Source: Halieaceae bacterium (lineage in GTDB: Bacteria; Pseudomonadota; Gammaproteobacteria; Pseudomonadales; Halieaceae). Taken from it: 64,000 nt of DNA. Below are positions 1 through 7,499 of this stretch, one piece after another. Below the pieces are notes generated by a model that worked only from the letters and a program-made list of their open reading frames with translations, had not been told where the DNA came from and searched no databases. Every line of letters begins with the position of its first letter. The stretch's first letter is position 1. The stretch spans positions 13,567-77,566 of the forward strand of contig JAYPVH010000008.1 in assembly GCA_038134505.1 (NCBI GenBank), given 5' to 3'. The position numbers were made by a program, and so were the translations under genes.

Positions 1-354
1 AGCCAATTACTGGCAGCTCCGCGGGCATTGCCAGATATTGATGGGTTACGCACGTTCATTGATCGGCAAGAAGATGACAGCGGTTCTTGGATCTTGCAGT
101 TCGGTGTCTCTGAATCGGGAAAAATCACTAATCTGGAACAACTAGCGCGACCTGAAGTCAAACAGGCAAGTGACTTCGATCGACGCATTCGGAGCTTGCG
201 GCGGGTCAAATTCCGCCCACGCTTTGAAGCGGGCCAACCTGTCGCGACCACGGGATTGCTGTGGTCTTTTGATGATGCCAGCTGGCACACTACCGACGAA
301 CCAGTGCAAGATAAGCAGTCCGCCGTTGTGGATCCTGCTGGGGAGGCTCAATGA
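1..354 (+). CDS. 3' end of a CDS entering from upstream; C-terminal ~85 aa loosely resemble a TonB C-terminal domain
   Basis: Frame 1 is open from nt 1 (SQLLAAPRALPDIDG...), so the listed 28..354 ORF is only a fragment. The segment GSWILQFGVSESGKITNLEQL...FDRRIRSLRRVKFRPRFEAGQPV follows the TonB_C layout (G-x-V-x-V-x-F-x-V-x3-G-x-V ... F-D ... W-x-F-x-P ... G-x-P-V) only loosely. The stop overlaps the next start (ATGA at 351-354). Confidence 0.4.
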   Translation, partial: SQLLAAPRALPDIDGLRTFIDRQEDDSGSWILQFGVSESGKITNLEQLARPEVKQASDFDRRIRSLRRVKFRPRFEAGQPVATTGLLWSFDDASWHTTDEPVQDKQSAVVDPAGEAQ

Positions 355-1580
355 ACCACATCATTGTTTCATCGCGTTTTGGCGCCGCTCTTATCACCTG
401 TCTTTGTTTGGTACTCAGCGGCTGCCCATCGTCTACAACGCAAACTAAACCGCCAACGCCCACCACGCCCAGCACTTCGTCAAGTAGCTCGTCCTCAAGC
501 AGCAGTTCATCTTCGAGTAACAGTTCGTCGAGCAGCAGTTCGTCCTCCAGTAGCGCTTCCTCTAGCGGCGGTAACAGTGGCGGTGCCGCGTCATCCAGCA
601 CCAATAGCGGTAGTCGCTCCTCCGGAAGTACGAGCGCATCTGCCGGTGGATCCCCCTCTGCCCCCTCCGGGTCAAGCAGCGGCACGAGTTCGACTGGCGG
701 CAGTACGAGTACCGGAGCTTCCCTCCCGACCATGGGCACCGGCGGTACCGCGGGTCCCTCGGGTAACGAGGCAGGCACCGAGGGTTCCTCGAGCGGGGGT
801 GATACGGGTTCCGGGAGTGAGGTGGGCGCATCCGCCGGCACTGACCCGGGCTTCGGCGGCGGCGGGGCGGCAGGCCTACCGAGCATGGTCGATGTGCTCC
901 CCACCTTCGATGAGCCGGTTGCCAGCAGCTCAACATCCGGCGGTACCGATTCAGAGGGCGGTGCTGAGGGCAGCGTTCCGGGAGAAGCGCCAAATAGCCA
1001 GACGGGTGGCAGTGGGTCAACAAGAGACCCTTCAACGGTAAGCGACAGCGGTACCGCGGATGCCGGCAACGGTTCACCGGGAACACGCGCTGATGGTGGA
1101 TTAACCGGCGATTGGGAAACTGACTACGGCGTCGATGGGCCTCTTACGGCGATTGAGCAAGTCGCTATCCTCGACGGTCAGCTACGTCGCAGTACCGACG
1201 AATTCGACGGCATGATTCGCGAGGAGCAAGCACGACAGCGTGAAGCAAGCCGCTCTCGCTCAACATCGGAAGCCGCGAGCGGAGCAGCCGGTAACTCGGG
1301 AGATCTTGAGACCTACGGTGGGCGAAATCCTTACGACAGCACGGGCGTCAGCGATGGCTCGATTGGCGGTGGCATGGGCGGCACCGTCGCTCGCGCACCC
1401 ACAGCACCCGACAATCCCGCGATCTACGAGGTCCCAGAGGATATTCCTATGGGTAACGATGATGACGTGGTCGCCCGTCAGCTACGAGAGGCGGCCATGC
1501 GCGAACCCGACCCGGCAGTGCGCGAGAAACTTTGGAATGAATACCGCAAATACAAGGGCTTGGAGGTCTCTGGAGAGTGA
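351..1580 (+). CDS. putative lipoprotein with a long Ser/Gly/Thr-rich disordered region and a charged C-terminal domain
   Basis: Signal peptide plus lipobox LVLSG-C25 (TGC 423-425). aa 41-72 are almost pure Ser, and the S/G/T-rich stretch runs to about aa 250. The last ~150 aa have normal composition (...DDDVVARQLREAAMREPDPAVREKLWNEYRKYKG). ATGA overlap upstream and GTGA overlap downstream. Confidence 0.7.
   Translation: MNHIIVSSRFGAALITCLCLVLSGCPSSTTQTKPPTPTTPSTSSSSSSSSSSSSSSNSSSSSSSSSSSASSSGGNSGGAASSSTNSGSRSSGSTSASAGGSPSAPSGSSSGTSSTGGSTSTGASLPTMGTGGTAGPSGNEAGTEGSSSGGDTGSGSEVGASAGTDPGFGGGGAAGLPSMVDVLPTFDEPVASSSTSGGTDSEGGAEGSVPGEAPNSQTGGSGSTRDPSTVSDSGTADAGNGSPGTRADGGLTGDWETDYGVDGPLTAIEQVAILDGQLRRSTDEFDGMIREEQARQREASRSRSTSEAASGAAGNSGDLETYGGRNPYDSTGVSDGSIGGGMGGTVARAPTAPDNPAIYEVPEDIPMGNDDDVVARQLREAAMREPDPAVREKLWNEYRKYKGLEVSGE
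471..566 (+). repeat. poly-serine coding tract (low complexity at protein level, non-repetitive at DNA level)
   Basis: 32 codons, 29 of them Ser (STSSSSSSSSSSSSSSNSSSSSSSSSSSASSS). All six Ser codons are used (AGC, AGT, TCG, TCA, TCC, TCT), read directly from nt 471-566. Confidence 0.95.
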
Positions 1581-2758
1581 AAAGATATCTCTCAGCCTTG
1601 AGCCTTGTGGCACTGATTCTGCTGCCGGGCTGTGTCACGCAGACCGTGCGCAGCACCTCCGTCGCAGCGCTTGAAACGCCACAAATGCCCATAGCAGAAG
1701 ACGAGTTACTCGATATCGGAGTCGCAATTTTCGACCCCAACCTAGAACAGGTCACAACGGACCAAGATGTACCGATTTTCGCGGAGGTCCGTCGGGCTGA
1801 GGCCACCTTCATGGCGGGACAACTCACGCAAGTACTGCAGGATCAGAACGCCTGGGGTGCCGTGCGGATCGTACCCGACGACCAGCAATTCACCGATCTA
1901 CTCGTGCGCGGCAAAATACTCAAAAGCGATGGCGAACAACTATCACTCGCCATACGCGTCACGGACGCGACCGGTCTTGAGTGGATCAATAAAACCTACT
2001 CGGGCACCACCAGTGTCTATGCCTACAACCAAACCGCTCGCGCCAACAACGACCCCTTTGTGGGCGTCTATCGAGACATCGCCAATGACCTGCTCAAGCG
2101 CTTTAACAACCGGTCCCGCAGCGAGCGGATTGCGATCCGTCGTATCGCTGAAATGCGTTTCGCGCGAGATTTTTCAGCCGATGCCTTCAGCCCCTATTTG
2201 AACCAGAACGACAAAGGCATTTACAGTTTGACGCGACTTCCTGCGGAAAATGACCCCATGCTCGAGCGTGTTCGGACTATTCGCGGTCGCAACTACACTT
2301 TTGTCGATACCTTGCAGGGGCACTACAGTGGTTTCTCCGAAGAGATTACGGGCCCCTATGATGAGTGGCGCAAAGCAAGCTATGAGGAGACGGTCGCATT
2401 GCGCGAGCTCCGCGCAGAAGCACAACGCGACATGATTCTTGGTGGTTTGGCGGTGATTGCAGGTGTGGCAGCGCAAGGCTCTGGTAGTGAATATACCCAA
2501 GCAGCGGGGGCTGTGGGTGTCATCGCCGGCGGTTATTTACTGAAAAAACGTGCTGCGTCGGAAATCCACGCGCTGGCACTTGAGGAAATCGGGCAGTCGC
2601 TGGAAGCGGAGGTGACACCGCGCGTGATCGAACTTGAGGACCGGACAGTGCGACTGTCAGGTTCTGTTGAAGACCAATACCAACAATGGCGCGAACTGCT
2701 GGCGGATATTTATGCCACGGAAATGCAGGCGCTCGAAGAACTATCCCAAGCTGAGTGA
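1577..2758 (+). CDS. putative lipoprotein with a C-terminal glycine-zipper-like hydrophobic segment
   Basis: Lipobox LLPG-C19 after a hydrophobic signal peptide. GTG start with GGAG 2 nt upstream and a GTGA overlap with the upstream stop. The Gly/Ala-rich segment MILGGLAVIAGVAAQGSGSEYTQAAGAVGVIAGGYLL lies near the C-terminus. The N-terminal alpha/beta-looking domain (IGVAIFDPN...LLVRGKILKSDGEQLSLAIRVTDATG) is reminiscent of CsgG/LpoB/TolB-N-type lipoprotein domains, but only weakly. Confidence 0.7.
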   Translation: MKRYLSALSLVALILLPGCVTQTVRSTSVAALETPQMPIAEDELLDIGVAIFDPNLEQVTTDQDVPIFAEVRRAEATFMAGQLTQVLQDQNAWGAVRIVPDDQQFTDLLVRGKILKSDGEQLSLAIRVTDATGLEWINKTYSGTTSVYAYNQTARANNDPFVGVYRDIANDLLKRFNNRSRSERIAIRRIAEMRFARDFSADAFSPYLNQNDKGIYSLTRLPAENDPMLERVRTIRGRNYTFVDTLQGHYSGFSEEITGPYDEWRKASYEETVALRELRAEAQRDMILGGLAVIAGVAAQGSGSEYTQAAGAVGVIAGGYLLKKRAASEIHALALEEIGQSLEAEVTPRVIELEDRTVRLSGSVEDQYQQWRELLADIYATEMQALEELSQAE

Positions 2759-2765
2759 TGAGGCG

Positions 2766-4304
2766 ATGCACGACCCCGAACCCCAACGGCTCGAGCCCAC
2801 ACCGTTCGCCCCATCGCAGGCTGATTCACAGGCCTTAGCCAAACCTGCCTCACGAGAGGCTCGAACCACTGCCGTGCCAATTTGGCTTGCTCTTGGATTT
2901 GCAGGGATCGCGTTATTGTTTGTCATCTTTGTGCTACCAGAACTCGTTACACCCGCCCCCAATCAGTCATCTGTCGAGCCAGTCACTGAGACTGACGCAA
3001 CGACACGACCGCTCGCCACGGCGCAATCGCAAGCGACTGACTTGGGAGTAGCGCAAACACCGTTTGCCCAAGCGCAGGAACAGGAGCGACGTCAGGCAGC
3101 ACAACAAGTGCTGGAAGCGCTGCTGGATCAACAACGCGTGCTCAAAAATCACAATGTTGAGCGGTGGGCCGAGCCGGCCTATGAGGCCGCGCTGGGCACA
3201 GCCGCAGCAGGCGACACCGCGTACCGAGATCGTGACTTCGAAGGCGCCGCAGTCGCCTACCAGAGCGCGCTAGACGCGCTCTCCGCTCTGTCAGAATCTC
3301 TGCCTGAGCGCGTTGCCACTGCGATTGATGCGCTCGATCGCGATATTGAGAACCTGAGTCTCGCTGAGGCTCAGCGCAGCCTCGATTGGCTGGGTGCCCT
3401 CAATGCGGCAGATGTCGATTTGCTGTCGTGGCAAGCGCGGGTCGATGCACTGCCCCTGGTGATCGCGGCGCTTGATGAGGGCCAGGAAGCAGTCACACGT
3501 CGAGAGTTTGACAGCGCGGTCGCCGCGGCGTCACGCGCCATCGGCGCCGACCCCGAACACCAACGTGCGCAAGTGTTGCGGCAAAATTGGCAAGCGCTCG
3601 CTCTCGATGCCGCATTCTCTCAAGCCATGAGCGAGGGCTATGCAGCGCTCGATGCTGAGCAATTCGATCGCGCTGCGCGACAATTTGAAGCCGCACAGCG
3701 CTTACGGCCCAATGCGCCAGAGACCACTGCAGCCCTCGTTGAACTGAGCACGTCGCGAACCGCAGCAGAGCTGCGCGAGTTGACTGCCGCTGGTCGCGAT
3801 AAGATCGCCGAAGAAGATTGGGCTGGCGCGCTCGAGGCATTTAATGCGGCGCTCGCCATCGATGACACCTTAGTTTTCGCGCAGATCGGCGTCGAACAAG
3901 CGACGCCGAGGCTGCAACTCGACCTCGCGATCGAGGGAATAATCGCGCAACCTGAGCGTCTGGTCGACCCGAGAATACTGAGTGATGCGCGCAGCACACT
4001 GCGCTCAGCGCGAGCCATCGAGCAAGCAGGCCCTAGACTCTCAAGCCAAATCGTGGCTTTAGAGAAGACGTTGGCCTATGCGAGTACGCCTATCACCGTC
4101 ACCCTCACCTCAGATGGACTCACCGATATTACGGTACTCAGAGCACAGCGGCTGGGACTGTTCGCCACGCAGACCATCAGCCTTCGACCTGGTGAGTACA
4201 CCGCCGTCGGCTTCCGCAATGGTTTTCGCGACGTTCGTATCACTTTTTTGGTATCCGCGGACGGGCCGAATAACGTCGACATACGGTGTGAGGAAGCGCT
4301 ATGA
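2766..4304 (+). CDS. single-pass membrane protein with a TPR-like helical-repeat region and a small C-terminal beta domain
   Basis: ATG at 2766, 8 nt after the upstream stop; the earlier in-frame part of ORF 2634..4304 overlaps the preceding gene. TM segment VPIWLALGFAGIALLFVIFVLP. Then a long Ala/Leu/Glu/Arg-rich repeat region with TPR-like A-x3-Y-x2-AL / F-x2-A-x3-F-x2-A patterns. The C-terminus ITVTLTSDG...ISLRPGEYTAVGFRNGFRDVRITFLV is PEGA/beta-sandwich-like. The stop overlaps the next start (ATGA at 4301). Confidence 0.65.
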   Translation: MHDPEPQRLEPTPFAPSQADSQALAKPASREARTTAVPIWLALGFAGIALLFVIFVLPELVTPAPNQSSVEPVTETDATTRPLATAQSQATDLGVAQTPFAQAQEQERRQAAQQVLEALLDQQRVLKNHNVERWAEPAYEAALGTAAAGDTAYRDRDFEGAAVAYQSALDALSALSESLPERVATAIDALDRDIENLSLAEAQRSLDWLGALNAADVDLLSWQARVDALPLVIAALDEGQEAVTRREFDSAVAAASRAIGADPEHQRAQVLRQNWQALALDAAFSQAMSEGYAALDAEQFDRAARQFEAAQRLRPNAPETTAALVELSTSRTAAELRELTAAGRDKIAEEDWAGALEAFNAALAIDDTLVFAQIGVEQATPRLQLDLAIEGIIAQPERLVDPRILSDARSTLRSARAIEQAGPRLSSQIVALEKTLAYASTPITVTLTSDGLTDITVLRAQRLGLFATQTISLRPGEYTAVGFRNGFRDVRITFLVSADGPNNVDIRCEEAL

Positions 4305-6418
4305 CCGAGCGCGAGCAGCCGAGCCTAGGCGGAAAAAATCCAAATTCAACGCCCGATCGCCCTCCCCGGGAGAGCGAACGACTGATACCCCAAACCTTCC
4401 AACCTCTAGGCCAGAATACCGATGAGTCCCGTCGCGGCTTGCCACTTCGCACGATTGGCCTTGCGCTCGCAGGACTATTAGCACTGTCGGCTTTAGCTTT
4501 CTTATTCGCCGCTCGGTCGCTCGAAGTTGTCATTCATACAGAGAGCGAAGCGACACTGGAGATCACGGGTGTCACAATACCGCTGGGCGACCGCTATCTT
4601 ATTCTCTCTGGAACCCATGACGTTCATGTCACCGCGGAAGGCTACGAGCCGTATCACGGGACCATCGCGGTCACTGATGAACAAACCCAACGGGTAGATA
4701 TCTTCCCTGCGATCCTGCCCGGATGGGTTTCGATAGATACGCAACCCACCGGAGCCCAAGTCTGGTTGGATGACACATTGCTTGGGGCCGCACCCATTGC
4801 GCGTGTATCCATGACTGCCGGCTCCCACAGCTTACGGATCTCCGCACCGCGGTACCAAGCTCTCGAGCGCGACCTTCAGGTCACGGGCCGCGGCGTAGTA
4901 CAGCAGATAGCCTTGGCACTTGAGCCCGATTGGGCGTTAGTGCATTTTCAAACAGATCCGACAGCTGTGACGATCTCGGTCGATGGCAACCCTGAAGTCT
5001 ATGATAACGGGGCAGTCGAAGTACTCTCGGGAGAACACCTAATAGACATCGCGGCACCGGGCTATCAGGCGCATCAGGTGCAGGTCACGATCGAAGCGGG
5101 CGTCGATCAAGATTTGGGGGTCATCACATTGCGCCCGGCCGACGGGTTACTTGAACTCGATTCAGAACCCAGCATGGCGAATGTGTCGGTGGACGGTCGA
5201 TTTCAGGGCAGGACTCCCCTTACGCTCTCACTCACGCCGGGACTCACGCATCGGATTCAAATCTCGAAAGCGGGTTATCAGCGTCGCACTGAGCGCGTAT
5301 CGCTCGAGCGCGGCACTCAGGACAGTCGCACCATCAGCTTACAGCCAGATCTCGGCGCGATCCGCTTCGTGCTCTCCCCCGCTGATGCCGAACTATTGAT
5401 CGACGGGCAGTCTGTCGGTCAAGGCTCACAAACCCTCTCACTGCCGGCACACGAACATCGCGTCGAGGTTCGCAAAGCGGGCTACGCCAGCCAGCGCGAA
5501 AAAGTCACACCGCGGCCGGGTCTGGAGCAGCAACTGGCTATCAGCCTGCTCTCTGAGGCCGAGGCGCGCAAGGCGGCAATGAAGCCCGAAGTGATCTCCT
5601 CCCTAGGCCAAACATTGCGATTAATCGACCCTCTGGGAGAACCCCGCAATGCTTTTTCAATGGGTACGTCACGCCGCGAACCGGGGCGTCGATCGAATGA
5701 AGTCCTGCACCCAGTGACCTTAGAGCGCGCTTTTTACCTCGCCACCCACGAAACCACCAACGCCCAGTTCAGACAGTTTTTGGCCAGTCACGATAGCGGT
5801 CAGATCGAGGGTAAAAGTCTCAATCGTGAGCATCAGCCGGTCGTGCGCGTGAGCTGGCAGCAGGCGGCCAGCTTCTGCAATTGGCTGTCGGCGCGAGAAG
5901 GGCTGCCGCCGTTCTACCGCGAGTCACAGGGGATCATTACAGGCTATAACACCTCTAGCACCGGCTATCGACTGCCCACCGAAGCAGAGTGGGCCTTCGC
6001 TGCACGAATACAGGGGGATAACACCTTGAGATTCGCTTGGGGTGATGCGTGGCCTCCGACGACGCCCGTGACCAATGTGGCGGACAACAGCTCCGCTTAT
6101 GTCACGGGTCGAATCTTGAATGGTTACGAAGATGGCTACATTGTCAGCGCGCCGGTCGGCAGTTTTCCCGCCAACCCCAGAGGTCTTTTTGATATCGGCG
6201 GCAACGTAGCGGAGTGGGTTCACGACGTGTACCAAATCCCCTCGCCTAATAGCGATGTTGAGGTCGATCCCTTAGGGGCGCAGAATGGCGATAACTACAC
6301 GGTTCGCGGTGGAAGCTGGTCTTTGAGTAGACTGTCTGAGTTACGACTCACCTACCGCGATTACGGTCAATCGGGTCGCGATGATTTAGGATTTAGAATT
6401 GCACGATATGCACAATAA
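4301..6418 (+). CDS. membrane-anchored protein with five PEGA-like repeats and a C-terminal FGE-sulfatase (SUMF1/EgtB/PvdO-type) fold that lacks the FGE catalytic Cys pair
   Basis: TM at aa 51-71 (IGLALAGLLALSALAFLFAAR). Five ~68-aa repeats (aa 74-417, nt 4520-5551), each ending in a (A/K)(E/P/A)GY motif (TAEGYEP, SAPRYQA, AAPGYQA, SKAGYQR, RKAGYAS). FGE-fold hallmarks: SWQQAASFCNWLS, GYRLPTEAEWAFAAR, GNVAEWVHD, VRGGSW. After RGGSW the sequence is SLSRLSELRLTYRDYG, with no Cys. Confidence 0.8.
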   Translation: MTEREQPSLGGKNPNSTPDRPPRESERLIPQTFQPLGQNTDESRRGLPLRTIGLALAGLLALSALAFLFAARSLEVVIHTESEATLEITGVTIPLGDRYLILSGTHDVHVTAEGYEPYHGTIAVTDEQTQRVDIFPAILPGWVSIDTQPTGAQVWLDDTLLGAAPIARVSMTAGSHSLRISAPRYQALERDLQVTGRGVVQQIALALEPDWALVHFQTDPTAVTISVDGNPEVYDNGAVEVLSGEHLIDIAAPGYQAHQVQVTIEAGVDQDLGVITLRPADGLLELDSEPSMANVSVDGRFQGRTPLTLSLTPGLTHRIQISKAGYQRRTERVSLERGTQDSRTISLQPDLGAIRFVLSPADAELLIDGQSVGQGSQTLSLPAHEHRVEVRKAGYASQREKVTPRPGLEQQLAISLLSEAEARKAAMKPEVISSLGQTLRLIDPLGEPRNAFSMGTSRREPGRRSNEVLHPVTLERAFYLATHETTNAQFRQFLASHDSGQIEGKSLNREHQPVVRVSWQQAASFCNWLSAREGLPPFYRESQGIITGYNTSSTGYRLPTEAEWAFAARIQGDNTLRFAWGDAWPPTTPVTNVADNSSAYVTGRILNGYEDGYIVSAPVGSFPANPRGLFDIGGNVAEWVHDVYQIPSPNSDVEVDPLGAQNGDNYTVRGGSWSLSRLSELRLTYRDYGQSGRDDLGFRIARYAQ

Positions 6419-6683
6419 CCTCCGCTTCAGCACTGTGGTGCTCAGCCTCTTGCTGAGTCACCTTAGCGCCGCGCAGACCACTGACGCGGAGCCGCTGCAA
6501 GTGCCTGAAGCAGCTTCGGCACAATCTAGCGAGACCCCGCCGGCGGCGGCGACAGATCCGCTGGCTAATGAAGCTGAAATGCCAGCATCAGTCGCATCGA
6601 CGCCCTCCAACTCGCCCTTTGACTACGAACCCACAGAGGCCATCCGCAAGGATAATTCTGTCTCTTTCCCCGTCGACATTTGA
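6399..6683 (+). CDS. small secreted acidic, Pro/Ala/Ser-rich protein (hypothetical)
   Basis: The signal-peptide-like N-terminus LRFSTVVLSLLLSHLSAAQT is followed by a low-complexity acidic region and the C-terminal motif DNSVSFPVDI. Start is ATG 6399 or ATG 6408; both overlap the 3' end of the upstream gene. A small ORF, so coding status is less certain. Confidence 0.5.
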   Translation: MHDMHNNLRFSTVVLSLLLSHLSAAQTTDAEPLQVPEAASAQSSETPPAAATDPLANEAEMPASVASTPSNSPFDYEPTEAIRKDNSVSFPVDI

Positions 6684-6695
6684 GAGGATGCCGGT

Positions 6696-7499
6696 GTGAA
6701 TTTTCGCCTACCTTCTGAATTTATGTACCAAGTCTTCGCACTACTGATCGCCATCATTGTGGTGCACGGCGCCTACGTCGGTGTCATTCGCCCAAGCGCC
6801 GATGCACAACTGGCCGAAGAGGCGGCGCTACAGGCGGCCGGTGAGGAATTTACGCCAAAGCGGTCGCTGGCGGTGGTTGTGCGAGATTTTGAACAAGAAG
6901 CCTGCTTTGTATTAATGCTGTGGGCCTTCGCGATTATGGGACTCAAAGCAGCACGAACCCGAACCGAAGCAAGAATGCTCGAACGATCACTCATCGGCAT
7001 TGCCGAGGGCACCAGTGTATTACCGCAGGATGCGCGAGAGTACTCGCGAGCGCTCGAGGCACTGGACCCAGAAGAGCAAGATCTTCTCTTGCCGCGCGCC
7101 CTGCTCAATGGCCTACAGCGCTTTGCGACAACGGGTAGCATTCCCGCGGTATCAGAGGCGGTACGAGAACAATGTGACATTGAAGCTGATCGACTGGATT
7201 CTGAGTTGTCTATGGTGCGCTATATCTCATGGGCCATTCCGTCCATTGGTTTTATCGGCACCGTACGCGGTATCGGCGATGCACTAGGCCAGGCGTATAA
7301 AGCGGTTGAAGGCGATATCTCGGGCGTGACCGTGAGCCTAGGTGTCGCTTTCAACAGCACGTTCGTCGCACTGGTATTGTCTATTTTCATTATGTTCGCT
7401 TTACACCAGTTGCAATTGTCTCAGGAGCGGTTGGTACTCAATACCCAGCGTTATGTTGATCGCACGTTACTCCGTCATTTGGCAGTGCCGAGATCATGA
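6696..7499 (+). CDS. MotA/TolQ/ExbB-family proton-channel protein
   Basis: GTG start with GAGAGG 8 nt upstream. Four hydrophobic segments (about aa 11-31, 68-86, 174-194, 212-238) with an ~85-aa loop between segments 2 and 3. The C-terminal signature ISWAIPSIGFIGTVRGIGDALGQ...SLGVAFNSTFVALVLSIFIMF matches the MotA_ExbB core (P-x-x-G-(L/F)-x-G-T-V-x-G ... A-(L/F)-x-(T/S)-T). Confidence 0.85.
   Translation: MNFRLPSEFMYQVFALLIAIIVVHGAYVGVIRPSADAQLAEEAALQAAGEEFTPKRSLAVVVRDFEQEACFVLMLWAFAIMGLKAARTRTEARMLERSLIGIAEGTSVLPQDAREYSRALEALDPEEQDLLLPRALLNGLQRFATTGSIPAVSEAVREQCDIEADRLDSELSMVRYISWAIPSIGFIGTVRGIGDALGQAYKAVEGDISGVTVSLGVAFNSTFVALVLSIFIMFALHQLQLSQERLVLNTQRYVDRTLLRHLAVPRS

Noticed and set aside
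290-1086. Long alternative ORFs over the poly-Ser region: 259 aa on the minus strand (290-1069), 225 aa in another plus frame (364-1041) and 174 aa on the minus strand (562-1086).
   Set aside because: These are shadow ORFs created by GC-rich, low-complexity coding sequence. Their products are Pro/Arg/Leu-rich nonsense without start context. The lipoprotein frame has a signal peptide, a lipobox and translational coupling on both sides.
4301-6418. Is this a genuine formylglycine-generating enzyme for sulfatase maturation?
   Set aside because: The catalytic Cys pair after RGGSW is absent, no sulfatase gene lies nearby, and the domain is fused to a TM anchor and PEGA repeats.
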